A stretch of DNA of 64,000 nucleotides from Phaeosaccion multiseriatum (taxonomy: Eukaryota > Protista > Ochrophyta, other classes): assembly GCA_965112735.1 (NCBI GenBank), contig OZ218950.1, positions 4,154,001-4,218,000 on the forward strand. Reading direction: 5' to 3'. Both the position numbers and the translations under genes were made by a program. Shown in pieces: positions 1 through 11,302 of this stretch (position 1 is its first letter; the number at the start of each line of letters is the position of its first letter). The notes below the pieces were generated by a model that saw nothing but the letters and a program-made list of their open reading frames with translations, did no database searches and was not told the origin of the DNA.

Positions 1-25
1 ACGGATACACCTCTCCCCGCCCGAT

Positions 26-1221
26 TCAAGCGAGCTGGTAGAGAGCCTCGATATTCGTCTCCTCGTCGTCGTAGAGAGCCTCGATATTCGTCTCCTCGTC
101 CTCCTCCACCCCGTCGCCACTGCTGATGCTCATCGTTCCGCCCCAACCCCAACCTGAGTACACCGCCGGCCACCCGCTGCCTTCGATCATCTCCTCAACA
201 CTTTGGCGCGAGGGCCTCGCCACTCTCTCTTCCACTTCCATGGCGCCGGGAAATAGCCGGCTCTGGCCTTGTTGCTGTCCTGGCTGCTCCTGCTGCTGCT
301 CCTGCTGCTGCTGCTGCTGCTGGGACACCTCGCCCGTGTGGTGGGTGGGGGGTGCCAAGACCATGCCTTCGGGTACGAGGGCAGAGCCCACCCCTTCCCT
401 CCGCTCGCAAAAGTCGTGAAGGTCTCGGCCCGTTAGACAGCCGGGTGTGGTCCCTGCGTATCGAGGGGGGTGAGGGACGTGGGGTGGAGTGGGGTGGGGG
501 AGAAGGGGGGTCAGGGAAGAGAGAAGAAGGGGCCAGAACGACGAGAGAAAGAAGAAAGAAAGGGGAAGAAAGCGCATCTGCAGAGACAACCAAACACGTA
601 CGGAAAAAACACTTACGGAAAAAGCCCACTTGCTGCAGGGCCACTCCGTAGTCCACCGCCTGCTGTTCCGTGGAGAAGGCGATGATAATTGCCTTCCCTC
701 CCTCGTACCGGGAGTAGACACTCGGAGTTGAGGAACGGCCCTGCCGAAAAGGAGACACAGACAGTACAAAAGAGACGAGAAAGGCAGACACGGTGAGTAA
801 GGCAGAAAGGAATCACGAATAGAGCATGCTACGGTCTGCCTTAGACAAGGAGTGAGTGCCACAAAAAGGAAGTGCGAGTAGAGCATGATACAATGTGCCT
901 TACCTCGCTGGTGCCGTCGATAAGCAGAACCCAGGCCCGCTGTTGAGGTAGTACTTGCTGTTCAGCGAGGGAGGTTGCTTTCTTCCTCTCGGCCCATCGC
1001 TCCTCCTCATTCCCCCAGCGCCGCCTCTTCTTGTTGAAGATGGGGCTACGGGCCTCCCCACTGAGTGTACTACTCAGGCACACGCTTGGGCGAAGGGCTG
1101 ATGCTCTGCCGAGCGAGGGTGACGTTCCGGGAGACGGGTTGAAGGACGCTGTGGAGAAGCCGCTCGAGAAGGGAAATACGGAGAACAACCCGCACCCCAC
1201 AACATAGAGACTACGGCGCAT
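26..1221 (-). CDS. DUF3110-like protein with probable bipartite plastid-targeting presequence (exons ~1221-904, 740-617, 453-26)
   Basis: GT-AG introns join in phase to give AWVLLIDGTSE/GRSS...AIIIAFSTEQQAVDYGVALQQVGFFR/TTPGCLTGRDLHDFC...LVPEGMVLAPP, which matches the DUF3110 pattern as I recall it. The N-terminus MRRSLYVVGCGLFSVFPFSSG-F looks like a signal peptide followed by Phe and a Ser-rich transit region. Confidence 0.65.
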
Positions 1222-1527
1222 GAATGGCGTTCTTCTGAATACTTCTACTGCTATATATATGCTTATATCGTTGTTATATCTCGGCGCTCGCTTATTGGAA
1301 ATTGGGAAGTTAGCGAAAGCGCTGCCTTTTTTCTCTCCCCCGACAGAAACTCCCGGGGGGTGTTCGGAGCCCCCGAAATTGCTCCCTTCTCGACCCTTCC
1401 CTTCCCCATCCTCACCATGCAAGATGTGGCTCGCTCCTTCTTGGGTTGGGTCGGCTCAACCGCGGAGCAGGTCCTGCCCTCCCTCTCCCTGACCCAGAGA
1501 GGGAGTAACAGGCCCTCCCGCTGGCCC

Positions 1528-1580
<53 letters not shown>

Positions 1581-1686
1581 ACGCACACACACACACGCAC
1601 ACACACACACACACTCGCGCACACACTTCCAGTTTCAGTTATAAGGTGATTCCTATTAAGTCATTTCCCCCTTTTTTCCTTCTCCC

Positions 1687-3031
1687 TTACACACCGAACT
1701 TGAATCCCCCCGCCCCACTCCCACTCGACCCCCCTGCAGGAGCAGGAGAAGGCTGACCGAAGCCGAACGAAAAGCCACCACTACCGCCTCCAGTCCCGGC
1801 GGCTCCTGAGGCCCCTCCGGCCGGGAAGGAGGGAGAAGCCCCGAAGGAAAAGCCGCCTCCAGTAGTGCCTCCGGTGCCAGTGCTGCTGCTGTTGGTGACA
1901 CCTCCCCCCCCCAACGAGAAGCCCCCTTGGCCGATCGAACCTGCAGGCGGTGTCACCTGTGCTCCTCCTCCTCCCCCAGCACTGTCTCCCTTGCTGAGGC
2001 TTGGGTTGAGCGTCTCGCAACAGGGACACTTGTCCACCTCGTCGCCGTTGCGCACGTAGCAGCCCGGGCACTTCCAGCCTTTCGTAGTCAGCTGATTGAA
2101 CATAGACTGGAGAGGGAGTGGAGCGAATGTAATCGAGTGGATGGATGGAGGCAATAGAAGGGACGCATGGGGGGGGGGGGGGGGCGGGGGTCCAAGTAAG
2201 TACGTGCGGAACTGGATAAAATCAATGACAACGAAGTCCAGATGCATGCAACGCGAAGTAAACAAACAGTCCGTGCAAGCAAACCACCAACGGGGAAGTT
2301 CGGAACGATGAAATAGAAGGAACCACCCCACCAGCACTATTCTGGCGAGAAGACTCACCTTACTCAGCGGTGCGTTGCTCGTCATGCTGCTGGTGCTGGT
2401 GCTGGTGCTGCTGCTGCCGGTGGTGGCTACGGCGGAGGAGGGCGTCGCCAAAGGCGCGGTGAAGGATGATGATGATGAGGAGGAGTGGGGAGCCTTTTGA
2501 GACGACGATGATGCCGCTGCGGTCCTGTGCCTCTTCTCGCTCTCGGCGGGCGAAGAGAACAAGAAGGACAGCCCCGCACCGCTGCCGCTGCTTGAAGCAA
2601 TACCCACTTCGCACCCTCCGCCTTCTGTCTCAGTAGCAGTAGGAGCACGGAAGGTGAATTCCTCGTCACCATCACCATCACCGCCGTCATCTCTGCTCGG
2701 AACCAGCGACGACGAGCCAGCAGCAGAGAAGGAGAAGGTAGCTCCTCCTACTCCCGCTCCTGGTCCTGGTCCTGGTCCTGCTGAGGGGGTGGAGGCGGAG
2801 GTGGGGGCACCGAAGAGGAAAGGCGCCGGCGATTGCACGCTGCTGACGCTGCCCTTGCTGCTGCTCTCTCTGCCCTTGCTAAAGACGAAGAGGGGAGTGC
2901 CATGCCCATTTCTCTGCCCGCCACTTGGTTGCTGCTGCCCAGCGCCTTGTTGCAAGAAGGCAGCAGCGTCACTGGCCACGGGCGCAGGCGCAGTGAATGA
3001 GAATCCCTCTCCCTCCTCCTCCTTCTCGTGC

Positions 3032-3064
<33 letters not shown>

Positions 3065-4208
3065 TGCTTCTGCTGGAGGCCTCCAAAGCTCAAGGAAGGC
3101 CTACGAGAGGCAGAGGGCGCTCCCGGGGTATACGACTGGGGTGGCGCGGTAGGAGGCAGGGGGCTTGCTGAGGGAGTGGGTAGCGTGAAGTTAGTCCCAC
3201 CAGGGGTGGACGAAGGGGGCGGGAAGGACGCCAAGGACACACCGCTTTGCTCTTGCTGCTTCTGCTTCTGCTGCTGCTGTTGATTGTCGAGTGAGGCCCC
3301 GCCGAAAGTGAAGGAAGGGCCTGCTCGGCCGTTCGCGGCCTTGTGCTGCTGGTGGAAGGAGCCCTCTGCTGACTCCAGCGCATTCGCACCATTCCCAAGG
3401 AAAGTCCCAGAGGGAGCGGCGATGGCACGCTGCCGCTCCCGCTCCTGGTGCGCTCTCGCACGCTCCCGCTCTGCCGCTGCTTCCTCCTGACGTGAGGTGG
3501 GATGAGGAGAAGGAGGAGGAGGAGGAGGAGGAGTGCGAGCAGGCGAGCCAAGATAATAGACAAGTCGTTGGGCCAGGAAAGAAGGAAGGAAGGGCGTCAC
3601 GTACTGCAGACAGCAAATAGGGCATGATAACTTACATACATTGTGCCTACCCTCACCACCTCCTCAGTACCACCCCCATACTCGACGTCACATCCCCAGC
3701 CGCACCCTATCCACCCCTGCTCTCCTCTCTCTCCTCTCCTTCCTCTCCATGGCCCCCCTTGTTCTTCATGCCTTCACTTACCCTCTCCTTCTCCTCGGCC
3801 TCGGGCGAGGTGGCCAGCACTCCGAGAATGCTGTGTGCCACAGTGGACTCGGCCAACCGCTGCCGCTGGCGGGTCATGCGCACTCCACCTCCCCCCGAAG
3901 ATGAAGAAGCAGAAGCAGAAGCAGGTGTACGCGGATAGGAGGGTGTGAGGGTGAAGTCTCTCGCTCCCACCCGCAGCCCTGAGCTCGAGTGGTTCGCTAC
4001 TGCTGCTGCTGTTGCTACCACTCCTTCGGCTTGCTGCTGCCCAGGTAGGATGTCCGACGGCGTCGTCGGGGCATCTCTGCGTCGAAAGCCGAACCCGCTG
4101 GAGCCGCTCAGGCGAGAGTACTTGCTTGGCCTGCCAAGCCATCCTCCGGTGCCGCCTCCGTACGTCGCCCGCATACTCGCTCGAGTGCGCTTCTGTGGTG
4201 GCGGAGAC

Positions 4209-4243
<35 letters not shown>

Positions 4244-4635
4244 TTGCTGCTGCTGCAAGGGATGGTGGTGGATGGGGCGATCGTGGTAGAAGGGGCTTGC
4301 TCCGCCGCCTACAGCAGCCGTGGCCGGGTACATTCTGCTCCGCTTGCGGTCGAAGGTATCGCTGAAAGCACTCGCGCGTTGCCCACCTCGGCCATGCAGC
4401 TGCCGCCGCTGAAGCTGCTCCTCTTCCCCATCCTCCTCATGCTCTTCCCCCTCCCCTTGCTGCCCTTGCGGCTGCTGCCACTGTTGCTGAGTGGGCCCCA
4501 GCCCCGTAGCGCCACCTCGCTTGGCAGGAATACCAAAGTCCGAGTTCTGTCCAATCAATGCCGTTGGTTTGGGTGAAGGTCGTACCCTTCTTCCTATAAC
4601 CCCACTGCCACTGCCTCCTCCAGCCCAACGCCCCA

Positions 4636-4681
<46 letters not shown>

Positions 4682-5531
4682 AGGAGAATCGCTCTCCTGC
4701 TGCCCCAGCCGCTGGCCCGCGGGGTATTGGCTTAGACTTTGCCTTTGCCCCTCTCCCCCTCCTCCTTGCGAGCTTAGGCCTCCTTGGGATTGTTTTTGGA
4801 AACCCGTTCCCTCTTCGTGTCGGACACCAGCAGCACCGTAGGCCCCGTTGTAAGGCGATGATGAAGACCTTCCTTCGCGCTCCCGCTTACGCAGTGTCTT
4901 GTGGATGCCAATCGCCGACAGTGGCCCAGCCTTCCGCTCCCTGCTGCCCCCGCTGTTGCCGGTGCTGCCATGCCCTGCCGCCGCTGCCCCAGGCTGTTGC
5001 TGAGTGGGCGTCGTGTGCGTCAGCGTCGATGATCTTCCCCTGCCCCCCCCAAGAGCCTTGGACGAAGGTGTCATGGAGCGGCGAGAGCTCGAGAGGATGC
5101 TTTTCAGCTGTGCCATGTCCTCCTCCGTGACGTGCCCCTGTCCGTGGACCGCCAGGAGGCACTTTCGCTTCAGCTCCGCCGTCAGCCGCACATGCTCTCG
5201 CTGCTGCGCCTCATCTGCACACACACAAGTCAGAATTAGGGGGTCAGGAGGAGGTCACATTTCAAAGCGGTGAAGGCAAGGCCCTCGAACGAAGTGCTTG
5301 ACGCCCTTACGCACATGAGTAAGCACAGCCTGGGGCGGGTTACTTGCCATACTCCGCGCTCGAATCTGGGATGTAAAAATCTCCCTTCTCCCTCAAATTT
5401 CCCCCTCTCCCTCTCCCTTTCCCTCTTAATCCCCCTATCCCCCACGCACCTTCCTTCTCTCCCTCGCTACCTTCTCTCTGAGGTGCCCCTACGGCCCCGC
5501 CCAAAGCCGAAGAGGCAGTAGCGCCCCACCC

Positions 5532-5565
<34 letters not shown>

Positions 5566-8500
5566 GAAAAACGCCTCGGGACGGGTGCAAACACAGGCAA
5601 TGAGGACGACGACCCATCCCCGATCCCCGACCCATGGCCTCCGACTGCTGAATCACCAGCTGCTGTATCACTTTCCCCACTGCGGCGGTGTGAGTCGTCC
5701 TCGTTCTCCAGCCGCTGCCGCTGCCTCTGCGGAGGCTCCTGATCCGACTCCTCCTCGCCGTCCTTTCTTTTGCCTTCTTCTTCATCACCATCTCCATCTC
5801 CCTTCTTCCTCTTCCCCCTCGTCACCCGAGCTACAGCTGTATCTCCCCCCCCCCCTCCCTCCTCGCTACTCCCCCTCCTATCCCCATCGCCTGGACTTCT
5901 CAGCAGTCCTTCCGTCTCCCTCTCTCCGCCAACCTCCTCCTCCTCCTCCTCCTCCTCCTCCTCCTCCTCCTCCTCCTCCTCCCCCTCCTCCTCCTCCCCA
6001 TCTTGTACGACTGTTCCGTCGCTGCCCGATGCCTCCTCCCCTTCCTGCCTGGAGGGTGAGCTTGCCTTCGCGCCCTTCGTGGACCTTTTGTTTTCCTCCT
6101 CCTCTTCCTCATCGTCCTCGTTGTTGTCATCGCTGACTTCCATCTCAGTTTCCTCCGCCTCCACTTCGTATCCCCCCGTGGCCGCTGCTGCTCCTCCCCT
6201 TCCGGGCGCCTCTCCTCTTCTCCCCAAATCGTCCGCAGCATTCGACGATAGTGAAGCACCCATGTCAACACTCTCCTCCTCTTTCTCCTCCTCGTCCCCT
6301 CCCGATGCACTTCCTTCGTCATCCGCGTCTCCTCCACCTCCAATCGCATCCTTTTCGTCCACCATACTCTTCAATGGCAGCAACAACGCCTCCTCCCTTT
6401 CTTGCCGCCTCCCCCTTCTCCTCTTCTCCCTCTTCTCTAGCGTCCTTTCGTCTACTTTCCCTCCCTCCTCTCCCTCCTCTCCCACTCCCAATCCCACCCC
6501 AGCCACCTCCTTCCCTCCTCCCTCTTCCATCACCTCTCCATCCGGGCGACTCAAGCGTTCTGCCTTGAGCTCGACAACCCCCCCTTGCACTCCCACAACA
6601 TCTCCTCCTTCGCTTCCCTTGTCCTCTTCGCCGTCATCATCGCTTCCGCCCCAAATCATCGATACCAGGCTCCACTCCCTCTTCTTCTTGGACGATGGAC
6701 GAACGCTCTTGCCACTACTACCTTGCAGCGCTGTTCTCCGAGCATGTCCGGGCGTAGTATGGCCGCGGCGACTCCCGGTCGAAGGTTTTTCCCCTCCTGC
6801 TGCTGCACCAACAGCTGCCACTGCTGCTCCTGCTGGTCCTGTTACCACTGCTTCTGAGGATGATGACACGACTTGAGTGAGCTTAGCACCATCCAAACCT
6901 GCCTCTCCTCCCGCACCAGGCAATCCCTCCTCCCCCTTCCCTTCTCTGGCACGTCCCCACGCCTCTGCTCTCTCTTTGACCGCGGACGTTGCTTCCTGCC
7001 GTGCCGCCTCAATGTCCCCCGCCCCGCTCTCCTGCTGCTCCTTCTCACCCTCAGCAGCTCGCACAGCGGTAGACTGAGACTGAGACTGAGAGCCACTCTC
7101 CTCTGTCGCCTCTGTCGCCTCTGCTGGCTCAGGCCCTTCGCTGCGTCTCGCTCTCTTCCCCTTCCGTGAGCGCGAGGGCGAAGACGAGAGCACTGCAGCG
7201 GCAGCGGCGCCCGACTCTCCATGATCATCAGCACCCCCCCCCCTCGCCGCCGCTTCCTCATCGTCCAGAGTGGCCATGACCTCATCCTCCTCCTCTTGCC
7301 TCGCAGCCGCGGATGCAGCAGCAGCAGCAAGGTCCTCTTCCCCTCCCGTGCCTGCCCTCGCCCTCTTCTCTTTCTTCATGGTTATGGAAGCCACCTCGGC
7401 GGCACTTTCATAATCCCCTAAATAGCCCGCACTCGCCGCGGATTCCATGCCTTGAATATCGGGACTGCATATAGTGGGTACTGCGGCATCACCAACTGCT
7501 GCTGCTGCTGCTGCTGGCACAGACGCCGTAGAAGCAGTAGTAAAGGGTTCTGGCATGATGAAGCCTTGGCCACCAGAGATCGAAGAAGGGCCCGCCCCGG
7601 TCGTCCCAGTCGTCACTGCTGCTGCTGCGGCGGGTGGTGGTGGTGGTGGTGGTGGTAGTGGTGCTGCTGCTGCTGCTGCTGTGGTGGTGGGAGAAGAGTC
7701 GCCTCGTTCTCCTCTTTCTTCTTGTTCTTGTTCTTCTTCTTCTTGCTCTTCCTGTTCTTGTTCGCCGTCATGATACAAAGGCACGACGTCCTCAGTGGCC
7801 CACCTCACGAGCTCGTCCTTGAGGCGCTGCACTCTCTCGGATTTGTTGCCCTTGATCTTGATGCCCATCTCCTTACAACCCTCCCGCAGCCCGTCCAGCG
7901 TGAGGTCATCCACTTCCACACCGTTGAACTCAAGGCGCAGGCTACTCTCCCTTTCGCTCATGAGCTTTTCGATCAGGGCCTTTTGCGTCACCCTATCTCC
8001 TCCCCCTCCTCCCTTCTTCGTCTTCTTCTTGCTCTTTGGGAGGCGTACGTTCAGTTCGGTGCACAGCTTGCGCAGCTCAGATGCAGACCTGGCCGACAAG
8101 CGCTGTCCCATATACATCACGTCAACCACTTCCTTGCCGTCTCCATCCTCACCGTCTCCCTCCTGTCTATTACCACCCCCTCCACCCTCTTCACCCCTTG
8201 CCTGGTCATCCTCATCCTCGGATGCATTTTCTCCTCCTCCTACTTGGCCTCCTCTTCCTCGTCCTTCAGCTGCGCCACCGCCGCCGCTTCCCAGGAGCTT
8301 CTCCTCCAAGCGCTGCTGCAGCTCCACCTTCTTGCCCGTACCGGGGAGCCCCAGATCCTTCAGCGCTGCCCTAAGCTCCTTCACAAGCATGCTCTGCACC
8401 TCCGTTCCCTTGTACATGAGCACCGTCTCATCATCCACTCCTTGGTTCGTGTCCATTCCACCCACTCCTCCATCGGCATCGTCTTCGACCGCCTCTTCTA

Positions 8501-10872
8501 CGACCTCCTCTTGATCCTCTTCTCCATCCTCATCCGTGTCCCTCCCCGGCCCTCCTTCTTCCTGCGTCCTCTTCTCCCCCTCCCCGCCCCTCCTCATCTC
8601 CAAAAGCTTCTCCTCCAGACGTTGGAGCCGCTCTGCCTTCTTTCCTTTCGTGGGAAGCCCAAGCTCCTCCAATGACGCCTTCAACTCCCATGTGAGCATC
8701 CCTTGCACCGGCTTTCCTTTGTACACAAGTACCAGTTCATCATCATCATCATCATCGTCGTCGTCGGCATCAGCAGCCTCATTGGCGTCACAGGTCACGG
8801 CTTCGGCGGCATGGTCACTTCCTGACACTGCTGGCTCGCCACCGTCCAGCCCATCAGCAGCGGCCACCTCTTCCTCCCCCTCCTCTTCCTCTTCCTCCTC
8901 CTCCGTACCATCCACGTGTTCCTCGAGCTCCTCCCTCACTCCGCCCACCTCCTTCGCTTCGCCCTCCTCCGCCTCCTTCTCCTCCTCCTTCTCCTCCTCC
9001 CTGCTCTTATCCTCCACCTCCGCCGTTTCGCTGCCAACCGAGATGGCTACGATCGGGCCACTACCCTGCCTCAGCTGACGAACGTGTTCACGCATGCGCC
9101 GCAATAACTCTTCCTTCTTGCCACTCTGGACCAATCCTGCCTGCTTGAGCTCCTGTCGCATCCGTGCTATGCCCATTTCCGTCAAAGCCGTTCCGTTCAG
9201 AGAGTACGCAGTCCCACGCTTTGCTGATAGACTTGTCCTCCGCTTCTTGGCCTTGCTCTCAAGGGTTGCCGCTCTCTTCTCTCTGGCCTCTTTGAGCCTC
9301 GCCGCCTTCACCTCTTTGCCGTCTTCTTGCCCTTCTTGCTCGTCCTCCGTCTCCTCTCCTCCTCCAGTCTTTCTCAGCACGCGTCGTAGCCTCCGTTGCA
9401 AATCTGCTTTCAGGCCTGCCGAGTTGCAGTCACATTTCTCCAGGGCAGCTTGCAGCTCTTTCACCCTCATATCTTCCACGAGCTTACCCTCCCACCTCAC
9501 GTCTCCGGACGCCTCGTCATGACTTCCCCCTGCTGCCACCGCCGCCGGCTGCCCACCATAAGCATCTTCCTCGACCTCAACCTCTGCTGCTGCTACTGCT
9601 ACTACGGCCGATGCTGCGGCTCCTTCTGCCGCTGCTCCTGTATTTAAATCACCCTCACCGACATGTGCATCACCATCATCACCAACAGCGTCATCACCAT
9701 CATCACCAACAACGTCACTGGAGACGCTATCTTCCTTGGCACCTTTCCGAGCGGAAAAGGGATTTCTGGCAAGTCCGATCAACATGCCCAAGAGTGAGGA
9801 CTTGCGCGGCTTTGCAGAGGAATCTGCGCTGTTCCCTGCCTGATCCTCTGAAGCTGACACAGCCGAAGGGGATGCAACCGCGGGGGACGCAGGGCCGTCC
9901 TCCCCGACGTCCATCAAGTCCGGCGCCATGAGGACCTGTTGCTCGGCCAGTGCCGTCTCTTTGAACACTTCCACGTCGTCTCTCCTTTCCTCGACGGCAC
10001 CATTGGCACCATCATCCATCGAGCTCCAAAGGGATTCCTGTCCCCCTTCTGCAGCATCCTCTTGCCGCCGACCTTCCATTGCTGCGTCTACCTCCCCTTC
10101 CCCCCCCTTCGTCTCCTCGAAACCACCATCGTCTTCTTCCTTATACCCCTCCTTCTCCCCCTGGAGGGTGTGCTGCTGTCCCTCCTCCTCCTCCTGCTCC
10201 TCCTCCTCCGCCTCCTCATCCTCGTCGTCTTCCTCGGCATCGGTCAGGTAGGATACGCCATGGTCTTCCTTCCCTTCCTGATATCGGCTCGCTAAAGCAT
10301 TGTACAGCCTGTGCAGCAAAGTCTTCTTCAACGCGTTCACTCCAAGGGTGGGATCCACCTCCTTGAGTACAGCCTTGATCTGTACATACCGAACATAGTA
10401 CCAGAGGGGGGGGGGGGGGGTCAGGTAGCAAAAACAATCGCCACCGGTCCAAGCCTCGGTCAAAGCAGTCTGTCACTCCTACAGTGAAGAACGGCGGTCA
10501 AAAGAATTAACACAAAGAGTCCGCAGTCCATACAAATGACCGCGACCGCAGGCCTCCCCTCCTCACCTCTGCAACTCTCATGTCCGTGATTCTCTGTCCC
10601 CGAAAGTACATCCTCCTCAGCCGCTTGTCCATGTCGTGGGCATGACCCTCCTCGATGAGGTGTATGTAGGCGTCGGTGCTGCGAGAGTTGCGAGTCTTGC
10701 GAGGCGGCAGGTGGGTGGGCTCATGCATAAACTCCGCTATGACCTCATCATCCCACTCATCCACCTTGGAATGCTCCTCCTCCACAGCCTCCTCCTCCCC
10801 TTCCATCCGCACTTCCAGCCCGGCTATCTCTGCAGCAGCTGCTGCCTCAGCAGGCTGCATGCTCCCTTCCAT
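1687..10872 (-). CDS. Multi-SAP-domain FG-repeat nucleoporin (Nup153/Nup1-like) with one RanBP2-type zinc finger, ~2,780 aa (exons ~10872-10567, 10379-5450, 5214-3782, 3603-2359, 2106-1687)
   Basis: All four introns have GT..CAG ends and matching phases (0,1,0,0). There are seven SAP-like repeats (e.g. VQSMLVKELRAALKDLGLPGTGKKVELQQRLEEKL), a RanBP2 finger WKCPGCYVRN..DKCPCCE, and FSFG/FTFG/FKFG repeats at the C-terminus. The start codon is uncertain. Confidence 0.75.
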
Positions 10873-11302
10873 CCTTGACTCCCCGTTGCTCGTCCTGTGC
10901 GGTCCTTCCACCGCTCTCCTGTCTGCCCCTGAGCTCGTTGGGGACTTTTTTCCCGTGGTGTCCGCTTCGTTATGGCCTTCAGCACCCCCTCCTTCCGACA
11001 GACAGCTCAGACTACCGTTCACTTCTTTTTCTCCCTTCTATTTCTTCCTTTGCTTGGCTCCTCGAGCCAGATCCAGGCCGGCATCTGTGACCTAGACCCC
11101 GGGGGTCTGGAGAACCAGTTGCCACACGAGCTTTCTTTTTTCTTTTTGCCATGCAAAAAGAAAAAAGTCTTTGTCGGACATGCGCTTGGACCAGCATTAG
11201 GTTAATACGCCCTTGTGAACCCATCACCAGTTGCTCTCTCCTTTCAAACTTTCTTTCCAGAACAAGAGAGCAGGTGGAATTAATGATACAGAAGGTTTTT
11301 AG
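10873..11302. promoter_or_regulatory. Probable bidirectional promoter (SAP-nucleoporin / TPS)
   Basis: Divergent start codons ~430 bp apart with lower GC between them. Inferred from gene layout only. Confidence 0.5.
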
